The notes beneath the pieces were generated by a model. That model ran no database searches and was not told the DNA's origin. It saw only the letters and a list, made by a program, of their open reading frames with translations. 64,000 bases of DNA from Eledone cirrhosa (Eukaryota). Position 1 is the stretch's first letter. The number at the start of each line of letters is the position of its first letter. The translations under genes and the position numbers were made by a program. The stretch lies in the NCBI GenBank assembly GCA_964016885.1, contig OZ024741.1, positions 363,568,001 to 363,632,000 of the forward strand. Reading direction: 5' to 3'. Of this stretch, positions 1-15,000 are shown piece by piece.

Positions 1-3000
1 GTATAGCTTGGGTTAAGAAGGTTGTTTTACAATAACATAGATGTAGGTATAGCTGGGGTTAAGAAGGTTATTTCACAATAACATAGATGTAGGTATAGCT
101 TGGGTTAAGAAGGTTGTTTTACAATAACATAGATGTAGGTATAGCTGTGGTTAAGAAGGTTGTTATACAATAACATTGATGTAGGTATAGCTTGAGTTAA
201 GAAGGTTATTTCACAATAACCTAGATGTAGGTATAGCTGTGGTTAAGAAGGTTGTTTTACAATAAAATAGATGTAGGTATAGCTTGGGTTAAGAAGGTTA
301 TTTCACGATAACATAGATGTAGGTATAGCTGTGGTTAAGAAGGTTATTTCACAATAACATAGATGTAGGTATAGCTTGGGTTAAGAAGGTTATTTCACAA
401 TAACATAGATGTAGGTATAGCTTTGGTTAAGAAGGTTATTTCACAATAACATAGATGTAGGTATAGCTTGGGTTAAGAAGGTTATTTCACAATAAAATAG
501 ATGTAGGTATAGCTTGGGTTAAGAAGGTTGTTTTACAATAACATAGATGTAGGTATAGCTGTGGTTAAGAAGACTATTTCACAATAACATAGATGTAGGT
601 ATAGCTTGGGTTAAGAAGGTTATTTCACAATAACATAGATGTAGGTATAGCTGTGGTTAAGAAGGTTATTCCACAAAAACATAGATGTAGGTATAGCTGT
701 GGTTGAGAAGGTTATTTCACAATAACATAGATGTAGGTATAGCTGTGGTTAAGAAGGTTGTTTTACAATAACATAGATGTAGGTATAGCTTGGGTTAAGA
801 AGGTTATTTCACAATAACATAGATGTAGGTATAGCTTGGGTTAAGAAGGTTGTTTTACAATAACATAGATGTAGGTATAGCTGGGGTTAAGAAGGTTATT
901 TCACAATAACATAGATGTAGGTATAGCTTGGCTTAAGAAGGTTGTTTTACAATAACATAGATGTAGGTATAGCTGTGGTTAAGAAGACTATTTCACAATA
1001 ACATAGATGTAGGTATAGCTGTGGTTGAGAAGGTTATTTCACAATAACATAGATGTAGGTATAGCTTGGGTTAAGAAGGTTGTTTTACAATAACATAGAT
1101 GTAGGTATAGCTGGGGTTAAGAAGGTTATTTCACAATAACATAGATGTAGGTATAGCTTGGCTTAAGAAGGTTGTTTTACAATAACATAGATGTAGGTAT
1201 AGCTGTGGTTAAGAAGGTTGTTTTACAATAACATAGATGTAGGTATAGCTTGGGTTAAGAAGGTTATTGCACAATAACATAGATGTAGGTATAGCTGTGG
1301 TTAAGAAGGTTATTTCACAATAACATAGATGTAGGTATAGCTTGGGTTAAGAAGGTTATTTCACAATAACATAGATGTAGGTATAGCTTTGGTTAAGAAG
1401 GTTATATCACAATAACATAGATGTAGGTATAGCTTGGGTTAAGAAGGTTATTTCACAATAAAATAGATGTAGGTATAGCTTGGGTTAAGAAGGTTGTTTT
1501 ACAATAACATAGATGTAGGTATAGCTGTGGTTAAGAAGACTATTTCACAATAACATAGATGTAGGTATAGCTTGGGTTAAGAAGGTTATTTCACAATAAC
1601 ATAGATGTAGGTATAGCTGTGGTTAAGAAGGTTATTCCACAAAAACATAGATGTAGGTATAGCTGTGGTTGAGAAGGTTATTTCACAATAACATAGATGT
1701 AGGTATAGCTGTGGTTAAGAAGGTTGTTTTACAATAACATAGATGTAGGTATAGCTTGGGTTAAGAAGGTTATTTCACAATAACATAGATGTAGGTATAG
1801 CTTGGGTTAAGAAGGTTGTTTTACAATAACATAGATGTAGGTATAGCTGGGGTTAAGAAGGTTATTTCACAATAACATAGATGTAGGTATAGCTTGGCTT
1901 AAGAAGGTTGTTTTACAATAACATAGATGTAGGTACAGCTGTGGTTAAGAAGGTTGTTTTACAATAACATAGATGTAGGTATAGCTTGGGTTAAGAAGGT
2001 TATTTCACAATAACATATATGTAGGTATAGCTGTGGTTAAGAAGACTATTTCACAATAACATAGATGTAGGTATAGCTGTGGTCAAGAAGACTATTTCAC
2101 AATAACATAGATGTAGGTATAGCTTGGGTTAAGAAGGTTATTTCACAATAACATAGATGTAGGTATAGCTGTGGTTAAGAAGGTTGTTTTACAATAACAT
2201 AGATGTAGCTATAGCTGTGGTTAAGAAGGTTGTTTCACAATAACATAGATGTAGGTATAGCTTGGGTTAAGAAGGTTATTTCACAATAACATAGAGGTAG
2301 GTATAGCTGTGGTTAAGAAGGTTGTTTCACAATAACATAGATGTGGGTATAGTTGTGGTTAAGAAGACTATTTCACAATAACATAGATGTAGGTATAGCT
2401 GTGGTCAAGAAGACTATTTCACAATAAAATAGATGTAGGTATAGCTTGGGTTAAGAAGGTTATTTCACAATAACATAGATGTAGGTATAGCTGTGGTTAA
2501 GAAGGTTGTTTTACAATAACATAGATGTAGCTATAGCTGTGGTTAAGAAGGTTGTTTCACAATAACATAGATGTAGGTATAGCTTGGGTTAAGAAGGTTA
2601 TTTCACAATAACATAGAGGTAGGTATAGCTGTGGTTAAGAAGGTTGTTTCACAATAACATAGATGTGGGTATAGTTGTGGTTAAGAAGACTATTTTACAA
2701 TAACATAGATGTAGATATAGCTGTGGTTAAGAAGGTTGTTTTACAATAACATAGATGTAGGTATAGCTTGGGTTAAGAAGGTTGTTTCACAATAACATAG
2801 ATGTAGGTATAGCTGTGGTTAAGAAGGTTGTTTTACAATAACATAGATGTAGGTATAGCTTGGGTTAAGAAGGTTGTTTTACAATAACATAGATGTAGGT
2901 ATAGCTGGGGTTAAGAAGGTTATTTCACAATAACATAGATGTAGGTATAGCTTGGGTTAAGAAGGTTGTTTTACAATAACATTGATGTAGGTATAGCTTG

Positions 3001-6000
3001 GGTTAAGAAGGTTATTTCACGATAACATAGATGTAGGTATAGCTGTGGTTAAGAAGGTTATTTCACAATAACATAGATGTAGGTATAGCTTGGGTTAAGA
3101 AGGTTATTTCACAATAACATAGATGTAGGTATAGCTTTGGTTAAGAAGGTTATTTCACAATAACATAGATGTAGGTATAGCTTGGGTTAAGAAGGTTATT
3201 TCACAATAAAATAGATGTAGGTATAGCTTGGGTTAAGAAGGTTGTTTTACAATAACATAGATGTAGGTATAGCTGTGGTTAAGAAGACTATTTCACAATA
3301 ACATAGATGTAGGTATAGCTTGGGTTAAGAAGGTTATTTCACAATAACATAGATGTAGGTATAGCTGTGGTTAAGAAGGTTATTCCACAAAAACATAGAT
3401 GTAGGTATAGCTGTGGTTGAGAAGGTTATTTCACAATAACATAGATGTAGGTATAGCTGTGGTTAAGAAGGTTGTTTTACAATAACATAGATGTAGGTAT
3501 AGCTTGGGTTAAGAAGGTTATTTCACAATAACATAGATGTAGGTATAGCTTGGGTTAAGAAGGTTGTTTTACAATAACATAGATGTAGGTATAGCTGGGG
3601 TTAAGAAGGTTATTTCACAATAACATAGATGTAGGTATAGCTTGGCTTAAGAAGGTTGTTTTACAATAACATAGATGTAGGTATAGCTGTGGTTAAGAAG
3701 GTTGTTTTACAATAACATAGATGTAGGTATAGCTTGGGTTAAGAAGGTTATTTCACAATAACATAGATGTAGGTATAGCTGTGGTTAAGAAGGTTATTCC
3801 ACAATAACATAGATGTAGGTATAGCTGTGGTTAAGAAGGTTGTTTTACAATAAGATAGATGTAGGTATAGCTTGGGTTAAGAAGGTTATTTCACAATAAC
3901 ATAGACGTAGGTATAGCTTGGGTTAAGAAGGTTATTTCACAATAACATAGATGTAGGTATAGCTGTGGTTAAGAAGACTATTTCACAATAACATAGATGT
4001 AGGTATAGCTGTGGTTAAGAGGACTATTTCACAATAACATAGATGTAGGTATAGCTGTGGTTAAGAAGACTATTTCACAATAACATAGATATAGGTATAG
4101 CTGTGGTTAAGAAGGCTATTTCACAATAACAAAGATGTAGGTATAGCTGTGGTTAAGAAGACTATTTCACAATAACATAGACGTAGGTATAGCTGTGGTT
4201 AAGAAGGTTATTTCACAATAACAGAGATGTAGGTATAGCTGTGGTTAAGAAGGTTATTTCACAATAACATAGATGTAGGTATAGCTTGGGTTTAGAAGGT
4301 TGTTTTACAATAACCTAGATGTAGGTATAGCTTGGGTTAAGAAGGTTATTTCACAATAACACAGATGTAGGTATAGCTGTGGTTAAAAAGGTTATTTCAC
4401 AATAACATAGATGTAGGTATAGCTGTGCTTAAGAAGGTTGTTTTACAATAACAGAGATGTAGGTATAGCTGTGGTTAAGAAGGTTATTTCACAATAACGT
4501 AGATGTAGGTATAGTTGTGGTTAAGAAGACTATTTCACAATAACATAGATGTAAGTATAGCTTGGGTTAAGAAGGTTGTTTTACAATAACCTAGATGTAG
4601 GTATAGCTTGGGTTAAGAAGGTTATTTCACAATAACACAGATGTAGGTATAGCTGTGGTTCAGCAGACTATTTCACAATAACATAGATGTAGGTATAGCT
4701 GTGGTTAAGAAGACTATTTCACAATAACATAGATGTAGGTATAGCTGTGGTTAAGAAGGCTATTTCACAATAACATAGATGTAGGTATAGCTGTGGTTAA
4801 GAAGACTATTTCACAATAACATAGATGTAGGTATAGCTTGGGTTAAGAAGGTTATTTCACAATAACATAGATGTAGGTATAGCTTGGGTTAAGAAAGTTA
4901 TTTCACAATAACCTAGATGTAGGCATAGCTGTGGTTAAGAAGACTATTTCACAATAACATAGATGTAGGTATAGCTTGGGTTAAGAAGGTTGTTTCACAA
5001 TAACATATATGTAGGTATAGCTGTGGTTAAGAAGGATATTTCACAATAACGTAGATGTAGGTATAGCTTGGGTTTAGAAGGTTGTTTTACAATAACCTAG
5101 ATGTAGGTATAGCTTGGGTTAAGAAGGTTATTTCACAATAACATAGAGGTAGGTATAGCTGTGGTTAAGAAGGTTGTTTCACAATAACATAGATGTAGGT
5201 ATAGTTGTGGTTAAGAAGACTATTTCACAATAACATAGATGTAGATATAGCTGTGGTTAAGAAGGTTATTTTACAATAACATAGATGTAGGTATAGCTGT
5301 GGTTAAGAAGGTTGTTTTACAATAACATAGATGTAGGTATAGCTTGGGTTAAGAAGGTTGTTTTACAATACCATAGATGTAGGTATAGCTGGGGTTAAGA
5401 AGGTTATTTCACAATAACATAGATGTAGATATAGATTGGGTTAAGAAGGTTGTTTTACAATAACATAGATGTAGGTATAGCTGTGGTTAAGAAGCTTGTT
5501 ATACAATAACATAGATGTAGGTATAGCTTGGGTTAGGGAGGTTATTTCACAATAACATAGATGTAGGTATAGCTGTGGTTAAGAAGGTTATTCCACAATA
5601 ACATAGATGTAGGTATAGCTTGGGTTAAGAAGGTTATTTCACAATAACATAGATGTAAGTATAGCTGTGGTTAAGAAGGTTATTTCACAATAACATAGAT
5701 GGAGGTATAGCTGTGGTTAAGAAGGTTGTTTTACAATAACATAGATGTAGGTATAGCTTGGGTTAAGAAGGTTGTTTTACAATAACATAGATGTAGGTAT
5801 AGCTGTGGTTAAGAAGGTTGTTTTACAAAAACATAGATGTAGGTATAGCTGTGGTTAAGAAGGTTGTTTTACAATAACATAGATGTAGGTATAGCTTGGG
5901 TTAAGAAGGTTGTTTTACAATAACATAGATGTATGTATAGCTGTGGTTAAGAAGGTTATTTCACAATAACCTAGATGTAGGTATAGCTGTGGTTAAGAAG

Positions 6001-9000
6001 GTTGTTTTACAATAACATAGATGTAGGTATAGCTGTGGTTAAGAAGACTATTTCACAATAACATAGATGTAGGTATAGCTTGGGTTAAGAAGGTTGTTTC
6101 ACAATAACATAGATGTAGGTATAGCTGTGGTTAAGAAGGTTATTTCACAATAACATTGATGTAGGTATAGCTGTGGTTAAGAAGGTTATTTCACAATAAC
6201 ATAGATGTAGGTATAGCTGTGGTTAAGAAGGTTATTTCACAATAACATTGATGTAGGTATGGCTGTGGTTAAGAAGACTATTTCACAATAACATAGATGT
6301 AGGTATAGCTTGGGTTAAGAAGGTTGTTTGACAATAACCTAGATCTAGATATAGCTGTGGTTAAGAAGGTTATTTCACAATAACATAGATGCAGGTATAG
6401 CTTGGGTTAAGAATGTTATTTCACAATAACATTGACATAGGTATAGCTGTGGTTAAGAAGGTTATTTCACAATAACATAGATGTAGGTATAGCTTGGGTT
6501 AAGAAGGTTATTTCACAATAGCATAGATGTAGGTATAGCTTTGGTTAAGAAGGTTATTTCACAATAACATAGATGTAGGTATAGCTTGGGTTAAGAAGGT
6601 TATTTCACAATAAAATAGATGTAGGTATAGCTTGGGTTAAGAAGGTTGTTTTACAATAACATAGATGTAAGTATAGCTGTGGTTAAGAAGACTATTTCAC
6701 AATAACATAGATGTAGGTATAGCTTGGGTTAAGAAGGTTATTTCACAATAACATAGATGTAGGTATAGCTTGGGTTAAGAAGGTTGTTTTACAATAACAT
6801 AGATGTAGGTATAGCTGTGGTTAAGAAGGTTATTTCACTATAACATAGATGTAGGTATAGCTTGGGTTAAGAAGGTTATTTCACAATAACATAGATATAG
6901 GTATAGCTTGGGTTAAGAAGACTATTTCACAATAACATAGATGTAGGTATAGCTGGGGTTAAGAAGGTTATTTCACAATAACATAGATGTAGGTATAGCT
7001 TGGGTTAAGGAGGTTGTTTTACAATAACATAGATGTAGGTATAGCTGTGGTTAAGAAGGTTGTTTTACAATAACATAGATGTAGGTATAGCTTGGGTTAA
7101 GAAGGTTATTTCACAATAACATAGATGTAGGTATAGCTGTGGTTAAGAAGGTTATTCCACAATAACATAGATGTAGGTATAGCTGTGGTTAAGAAGGTTG
7201 TTTTACAATAAGATAGATGTAGGTATAGCTTGGGTTAAGAAGGTTATTTCACAATAACATAGACGTAGGTATAGCTTGGGTTAAGAAGGTTATTTCACAA
7301 TAACATAGATGTAGGTATAGCTGTGGTTAAGAAGACTATTTCACAATAACATAGATGTAGGTATAGCTGTGGTTAAGAAGACTATTTCACAATAACATAG
7401 ATGTAGGTATAGCTGTGGTTAAGAAGACTATTTCACAATAACATAGATGTAGGTATAGCTGTGGTTAAGAAGGCTATTTCACAATAACAAAGATGTAGGT
7501 ATAGCTGTGGTTAAGAAGACTATTTCACAATAACATAGACGTAGGTATAGCTGTGCTTAAGAAGGTTGTTTTACAATAACCTAGATGTAGGTATAGCTTG
7601 GGTTAAGAAGGTTATTTCACAATAACACAGATGTAGGTATAGCTGTGGTTCAGCAGACTATTTCACAATAACATAGATGTAGGTATAGCTTGGGTTAAGA
7701 AAGTTATTTCACAATAACCTAGATGTAGGTATAGCTGTGGTTAAGAAGGTTGTTTTACAATAACATAGATGTAGGTATAGCTGTGGTTAAGAAGACTATT
7801 TCACAATAACATAGATGTAGGTATAGCTTGGGTTAAGAAGGTTGTTTCACAATAACATATATGTAGGTATAGCTGTGGTTAAGAAGGATATTTCACAATA
7901 ACGTAGATGTAGGTATAGCTTGGGTTTAGAAGGTTGTTTTACAATAACCTAGATGTAGGTATAGCTTGGGTTAAGAAGGTTATTTCACAATAACATAGAG
8001 GTAGGTATAGCTGTGGTTAAGAAGGTTGTTTCACAATAACATAGATGTAGGTATAGTTGTGGTTAAGAAGACTATTTCACAATAACATAGATGTAGATAT
8101 AGCTGTGGTTAAGAAGGTTATTTTACAATAACATAGATGTAGGTATAGCTGTGGTTAAGAAGGTTGTTTTACAATAACATAGATGTAGGTATAGCTTGGG
8201 TTAAGAAGGTTGTTTTACAATAACATAGATGTAGGTATAGCTGGGGTTAAGAAGGTTATTTCACAATAACATAGATGTAGGTATAGCTTGGGTTAAGAAG
8301 GTTGTTTTACAATAACATAGATGTAGGTATAGCTGTGGTTAAGAAACTTGTTATACAATAACATAGATGTAGGTATAGCTTGGGTTAAGGAGGTTATTAC
8401 ACAATAACATAGATGTAGGTATAGCTGTGGTTAAGAAGGTTATTCCACAATAACATAGATGTAGGTATAGCTTGGGTTAAGAAGGTTATTTCACAATAAC
8501 ATAGATGTAAGTATAGCTGTGGTTAAGAAGGTTATTTCACAATAACATAGATGGAGGTATAGCTGTGGTTAAGAAGGTTGTTTTACAATAACATAGATGT
8601 AGGTATAGCTGTGGTTAAGAAGGTTATTTCACAATAACATAGATGTAGGTATAGCTTGGGTTAAGAAGGTTGTTATACAATAACTTAGATGTAGGTATAG
8701 CTTGGGTTAAGAAGGTTGTTTTACAATAACATAGATGTAGGTATAGCTGTGGTTAAGAAGGTTGTTTTACAAAAACATAGATGTAGGTATAGCTGTGGTT
8801 AAGAAGGTTGTTTTACAATAACATAGATGTAGGTATAGCTTGGGTTAAGAAGGTTGTTTTACAATAACATAGATGTATGTATAGCTGTGGTTAAGAAGGT
8901 TATTTCACAATAACCTAGATGTAGGTATAGCTGTGGTTAAGAAGGTTGTTTTACAATAACATAGATGTAGGTATAGCTGTGGTTAAGAAGACTATTTCAC

Positions 9001-12000
9001 AATAACATATATGTAGGTATAGCTTGGGTTAAGAAGGTTGTTTCACAATAACATAGATGTAGGTATAGCTGTGGTTAAGAAGGTTATTTCACAATAACAT
9101 AGATGTAGGTATAGCTTGGGTTAAGAAGGTTATTTCACAATAACATAGATGTAGGTATAGCTTTGGTTAAGAAGGTTATTTCACAATAACATAGATGTAG
9201 GTATAGCTTGGTTAAGAAGGTTATTTCACAATAAAATAGATGTAGGTATAGCTTGGGTTAAGAAGGTTGTTTTACAATAACATAGATGTAGGTATAGCTG
9301 TGGTTAAGAAGACTATTTCACAATAACATAGATGTAGGTATAGCTTGGGTTAAGAAGGTTATTTCACAATAACATAGATGTAGGTATAGCTTGGGTTAAG
9401 AAGGTTGTTTTACAATAACATAGATGTAGGTATAGCTGTGGTTAAGAAGGTTATTTCACAATAACATAGATGTAGGTATAGCTTGGGTTAAGAAGACTAT
9501 TTCACAATAACATAGATGTAGGTATAGCTTGGGTTAAGAAGGTTGTTTCACTATAACATAGATGTAGGTATAGCTGTGGTTAAGAAGGTTGTTTTACAAT
9601 AACATAGATGTAGGTATAGCTGTGGTTAAGAAGGTTATTTCACAATAACATAGATGTAGGTATAGCTGTGGTTAAGAAGGTTATTTCACAATAACATTGA
9701 CGTAGGTATAGCTGTGGTTAAGAAGGTTATTTCACAATAACGTAGATGTAGGTATAGCTTGGGTTAAGAAGGTTGTTTCACAATAACATAGATGTAGGTA
9801 TAGCTGTGGTTAAGAAGGTTGTTTTACCATAACATAGATGTAGGTATAGCTTGGGTTAAGAAGGTTGTTTTACAATGAGATAGATGTAGGTATAGCTTGG
9901 GTTAAGAAGGTTATTTCACAATAACATAGACGTAGGTATAGCTTGGGTTAAGAAGGTTATTTCACAATAACATAGATGTAGGTATAACTGTGGTTAAGAA
10001 GACTATTTCACAATAACATATATGTAGGTATAGCTGTGGTTAAGAAGACTATTTCACAATAACATAGATGTAGGTATAGCTGTGGTTAAGAAGGCTATTT
10101 CACAATAACAAAGATGTAGGTATAGCTGTGGTTAAGAAGACTATTTCACAATAACATAGATGTAGGTATAGCTTGGGTTAAGAAGGTTATTTCACAATAA
10201 CATAGATGTAGGTATAGCTTGGGTTAAGAAGGTTATTTCACAATAAAATAGATGTAGGTATAGCTGTGGTTAAGAAGACTATTTCACAATAACATAGATG
10301 TAGGTATAGCTTGGGTTAAGAAGGTTATTTCACAATAACATAGATGTAGGTATAGCTTGGGTTAAGAAGGTTATTTCACAATAACATAGATGTAGGTATA
10401 GCTGTGGTTGAGAAGGTTGTTTTACAATAACATAGATGTAGGTATAGCTGGGGTTAAGAAGGTTATTCCACAATAACATAGATGTAGGTATAGCTTGGGT
10501 TAAGAAGGTTATTTCACAATAACATAGATGTAGGTATAGCTGGGGTTAAGAAGGTTATTTCACAATAACATAGATGTAGGTATAGCTTGGGTTAAGAAGG
10601 TTGTTTTACAATAACATAGATGTAGGTATAGCTGTGGTTAAGAAGGTTGTTTTACAATAACATAGATGTAGGTATAGCTTGGGTTAAGAAGGTTATTTCA
10701 CAATAACATAGATGTAGGTATAGCTGTGGTTAAGAAGGTTATTCCACAATAACATAGATGTAGGTATAGCTTGGGTTAAGAAGGTTATTTCACAATAACA
10801 TAGATGTAGGTATAGCTGTGGTTAAGAAGGTTGTTTTACAATAAGATAGATGTAGGTATAGCTTGGGTTAAGAAGGTTATTTCACAATAACATAGACGTA
10901 GGTATAGCTTGGGTTAAGAAGGTTATTTCACAATAACATAGATGTAGGTATAGCTGTGGTTAAGAAGACTATTTCACAATAACATATATGTAGGTATAGC
11001 TGTGGTTAAGAAGACTATTTCACAATAACATAGATGTAGGTATAGCTGTGGTCAAGAAGACTATTTCACAATAACATAGATGTAGGTATAGCTTGGGTTA
11101 AGAAGGTTATTTCACAATAACATAGATGTAGGTATAGCTGTGGTTAAGAAGGTTGTTTTACAATAACATAGATGTAGCTATAGCTGTGGTTAAGAAGGTT
11201 GTTTCACAATAACATAGATGTAGGTATAGCTTGGGTTAAGAAGGTTATTTCACAATAACATAGATGTAGGTATAGCTGTGGTTAAGAAGGTTGTTTTACA
11301 ATAACATAGATGTAGCTATAGTTGTGGTTAAGAAGGTTGTTTTACAATAACATAGATGTAGGTATAGCTTGGGTTAAGAAGGTTGTTTCACAATAACATA
11401 GATGTAGGTATAGCTGTGGTTAAGAAGGTTGTTTTACAATAACATAGATGTAGGTATAGCTTGGGTTAAGAAGGTTGTTTTACAATAACATAGATGTAGG
11501 TATAGCTGGGGTTAAGAAGGTTATTTCACAATAACATAGATGTAGGTATAGCTTGGGTTAAGAAGGTTGTTTTACAATAACATAGATGTAGGTATAGCTG
11601 TGGTTAAGAAGGTTGTTATACAATAACATTGATGTAGGTATAGCTTGAGTTAAGAAGGTTATTTCACAATAACCTAGATGTAGGTATAGCTGTGGTTAAG
11701 AAGGTTGTTTTACAATAACATAGATGTAGGTATAGCTTGGGTTAAGAAGGTTATTTCACGATAACATAGATGTAGGTATAGCTGTGGTTAAGAAGGTTAT
11801 TTCACAATAACATAGATGTAGGTATAGCTTGGGTTAAGAAGGTTATTTCACAATAACATAGATGTAGGTATAGCTTTGGTTAAGAAGGTTATTTCACAAT
11901 AACATAGATGTAGGTATAGCTTGGGTTAAGAAGGTTATTTCACAATAAAATAGATGTAGGTATAGCTTGGGTTAAGAAGGTTGTTTTACAATAACATAGA

Positions 12001-15000
12001 TGTAGGTATAGCTGTGGTTAAGAAGACTATTTCACAATAACATAGATGTAGGTATAGCTTGGGTTAAGAAGGTTATTTCACAATAACATAGATGTAGGTA
12101 TAGCTGTGGTTAAGAAGGTTATTCCACAAAAACATAGATGTAGGTATAGCTGTGGTTGAGAAGGTTATTTCACAATAACATAGATGTAGGTATAGCTGTG
12201 GTTAAGAAGGTTGTTTTACAATAACATAGATGTAGGTATAGCTTGGGTTAAGAAGGTTATTTCACAATAACATAGATGTAGGTATAGCTTGGGTTAAGAA
12301 GGTTGTTTTACAATAACATAGATGTAGGTATAGCTGGGGTTAAGAAGGTTATTTCACAATAACATAGATGTAGGTATAGCTTGGCTTAAGAAGGTTGTTT
12401 TACAATAACATAGATGTAGGTATAGCTGTGGTTAAGAAGGTTGTTTCACAATAACATAGATGTAGGTATAGCTTGGGTTAAGAAGGTTATTTCACAATAA
12501 CATAGATGTAGGTATAGCTGTGGTTAAGAAGGTTGTTTTACAATAACATAGATGTAGCTATAGCTGTGGTTAAGAAGGTTGTTTTACAATAACATAGATG
12601 TAGGTATAGCTTGGGTTAAGAAGGTTGTTTCACAATAACATAGATGTAGGTATAGCTGTGGTTAAGAAGGTTGTTTTACAATAACATAGATGTAGGTATA
12701 GCTTGGGTTAAGAAGGTTGTTTTACAATAACATAGATGTAGGTATAGCTGGGGTTAAGAAGGTTATTTCACAATAACATAGATGTAGGTATAGCTTGGGT
12801 TAAGAAGGTTGTTTTACAATAACATAGATGTAGGTATAGCTGTGGTTAAGAAGGTTGTTATACAATAACATTGATGTAGGTATAGCTTGAGTTAAGAAGG
12901 TTATTTCACAATAACCTAGATGTAGGTATAGCTGTGGTTAAGAAGGTTGTTTTACAATAACATAGATGTAGGTATAGCTTGGGTTAAGAAGGTTATTTCA
13001 CGATAACATAGATGTAGGTATAGCTGTGGTTAAGAAGGTTATTTCACAATAACATAGATGTAGGTATAGCTTGGGTTAAGAAGGTTATTTCACAATAACA
13101 TAGATGTAGGTATAGCTTTGGTTAAGAAGGTTATTTCACAATAACATAGATGTAGGTATAGCTTGGGTTAAGAAGGTTATTTCACAATAACATAGATGTA
13201 GGTATAGCTGTGGTTAAGAAGGTTGTTTTACAATAACATAGATGTAGCTATAGCTGTGGTTAAGAAGGTTGTTTTACAATAACATAGATGTAGGTATAGC
13301 TTGGGTTAAGAAGGTTGTTTCACAATAACATAGATGTAGGTATAGCTGTGGTTAAGAAGGTTGTTTTACAATAACATAGATGTAGGTATAGCTTGGGTTA
13401 AGAAGGTTGTTTTACAATAACATAGATGTAGGTATAGCTGGGGTTAAGAAGGTTATTTCACAATAACATAGATGTAGGTATAGCTTGGGTTAAGAAGGTT
13501 GTTTTACAATAACATAGATGTAGGTATAGCTGTGGTTAAGAAGGTTGTTATACAATAACATTGATGTAGGTATAGCTTGAGTTAAGAAGGTTATTTCACA
13601 ATAACCTAGATGTAGGTATAGCTGTGGTTAAGAAGGTTGTTTTACAATAACATAGATGTAGGTATAGCTTGGGTTAAGAAGGTTATTTCACGATAACATA
13701 GATGTAGGTATAGCTGTGGTTAAGAAGGTTATTTCACAATAACATAGATGTAGGTATAGCTTGGGTTAAGAAGGTTATTTCACAATAACATAGATGTAGG
13801 TATAGCTTTGGTTAAGAAGGTTATTTCACAATAACATAGATGTAGGTATAGCTTGGGTTAAGAAGGTTATTTCACAATAAAATAGATGTAGGTATAGCTT
13901 GGGTTAAGAAGGTTGTTTTACAATAACATAGATGTAGGTATAGCTGTGGTTAAGAAGACTATTTCACAATAACATAGATGTAGGTATAGCTTGGGTTAAG
14001 AAGGTTATTTCACAATAACATAGATGTAGGTATAGCTGTGGTTAAGAAGGTTATTCCACAAAAACATAGATGTAGGTATAGCTGTGGTTGAGAAGGTTAT
14101 TTCACAATAACATAGATGTAGGTATAGCTGTGGTTAAGAAGGTTGTTTTACAATAACATAGATGTAGGTATAGCTTGGGTTAAGAAGGTTATTTCACAAT
14201 AACATAGATGTAGGTATAGCTTGGGTTAAGAAGGTTGTTTTACAATAACATAGATGTAGGTATAGCTGGGGTTAAGAAGGTTATTTCACAATAACATAGA
14301 TGTAGGTATAGCTTGGCTTAAGAAGGTTGTTTTACAATAACATAGATGTAGGTATAGCTGTGGTTAAGAAGGTTGTTTTACAATAACATAGATGTAGGTA
14401 TAGCTTGGGTTAAGAAGGTTATTTCACAATAACATAGATGTAGGTATAGCTGTGGTTAAGAAGGTTATTCCACAATAACATAGATGTAGGTATAGCTGTG
14501 GTTAAGAAGGTTGTTTTACAATAAGATAGATGTAGGTATAGCTTGGGTTAAGAAGGTTATTTCACAATAACATAGACGTAGGTATAGCTTGGGTTAAGAA
14601 GGTTATTTCACAATAACATAGATGTAGGTATAGCTGTGGTTAAGAAGACTATTTCACAATAACATAGATGTAGGTATAGCTGTGGTTAAGAGGACTATTT
14701 CACAATAACATAGATGTAGGTATAGCTGTGGTTAAGAAGACTATTTCACAATAACATAGATATAGGTATAGCTGTGGTTAAGAAGGCTATTTCACAATAA
14801 CAAAGATGTAGGTATAGCTGTGGTTAAGAAGACTATTTCACAATAACATAGACGTAGGTATAGCTGTGGTTAAGAAGGTTATTTCACAATAACAGAGATG
14901 TAGGTATAGCTGTGGTTAAGAAGGTTATTTCACAATAACATAGATGTAGGTATAGCTTGGGTTTAGAAGGTTGTTTTACAATAACATAGATGTAGGTATA

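Noticed and set aside
5529-5540. Telomeric repeat (GGGTTA in the monomer, GGGTTAGGG variant)
   Set aside because: Single hexamers inside a 46-bp unit; no tandem TTAGGG.
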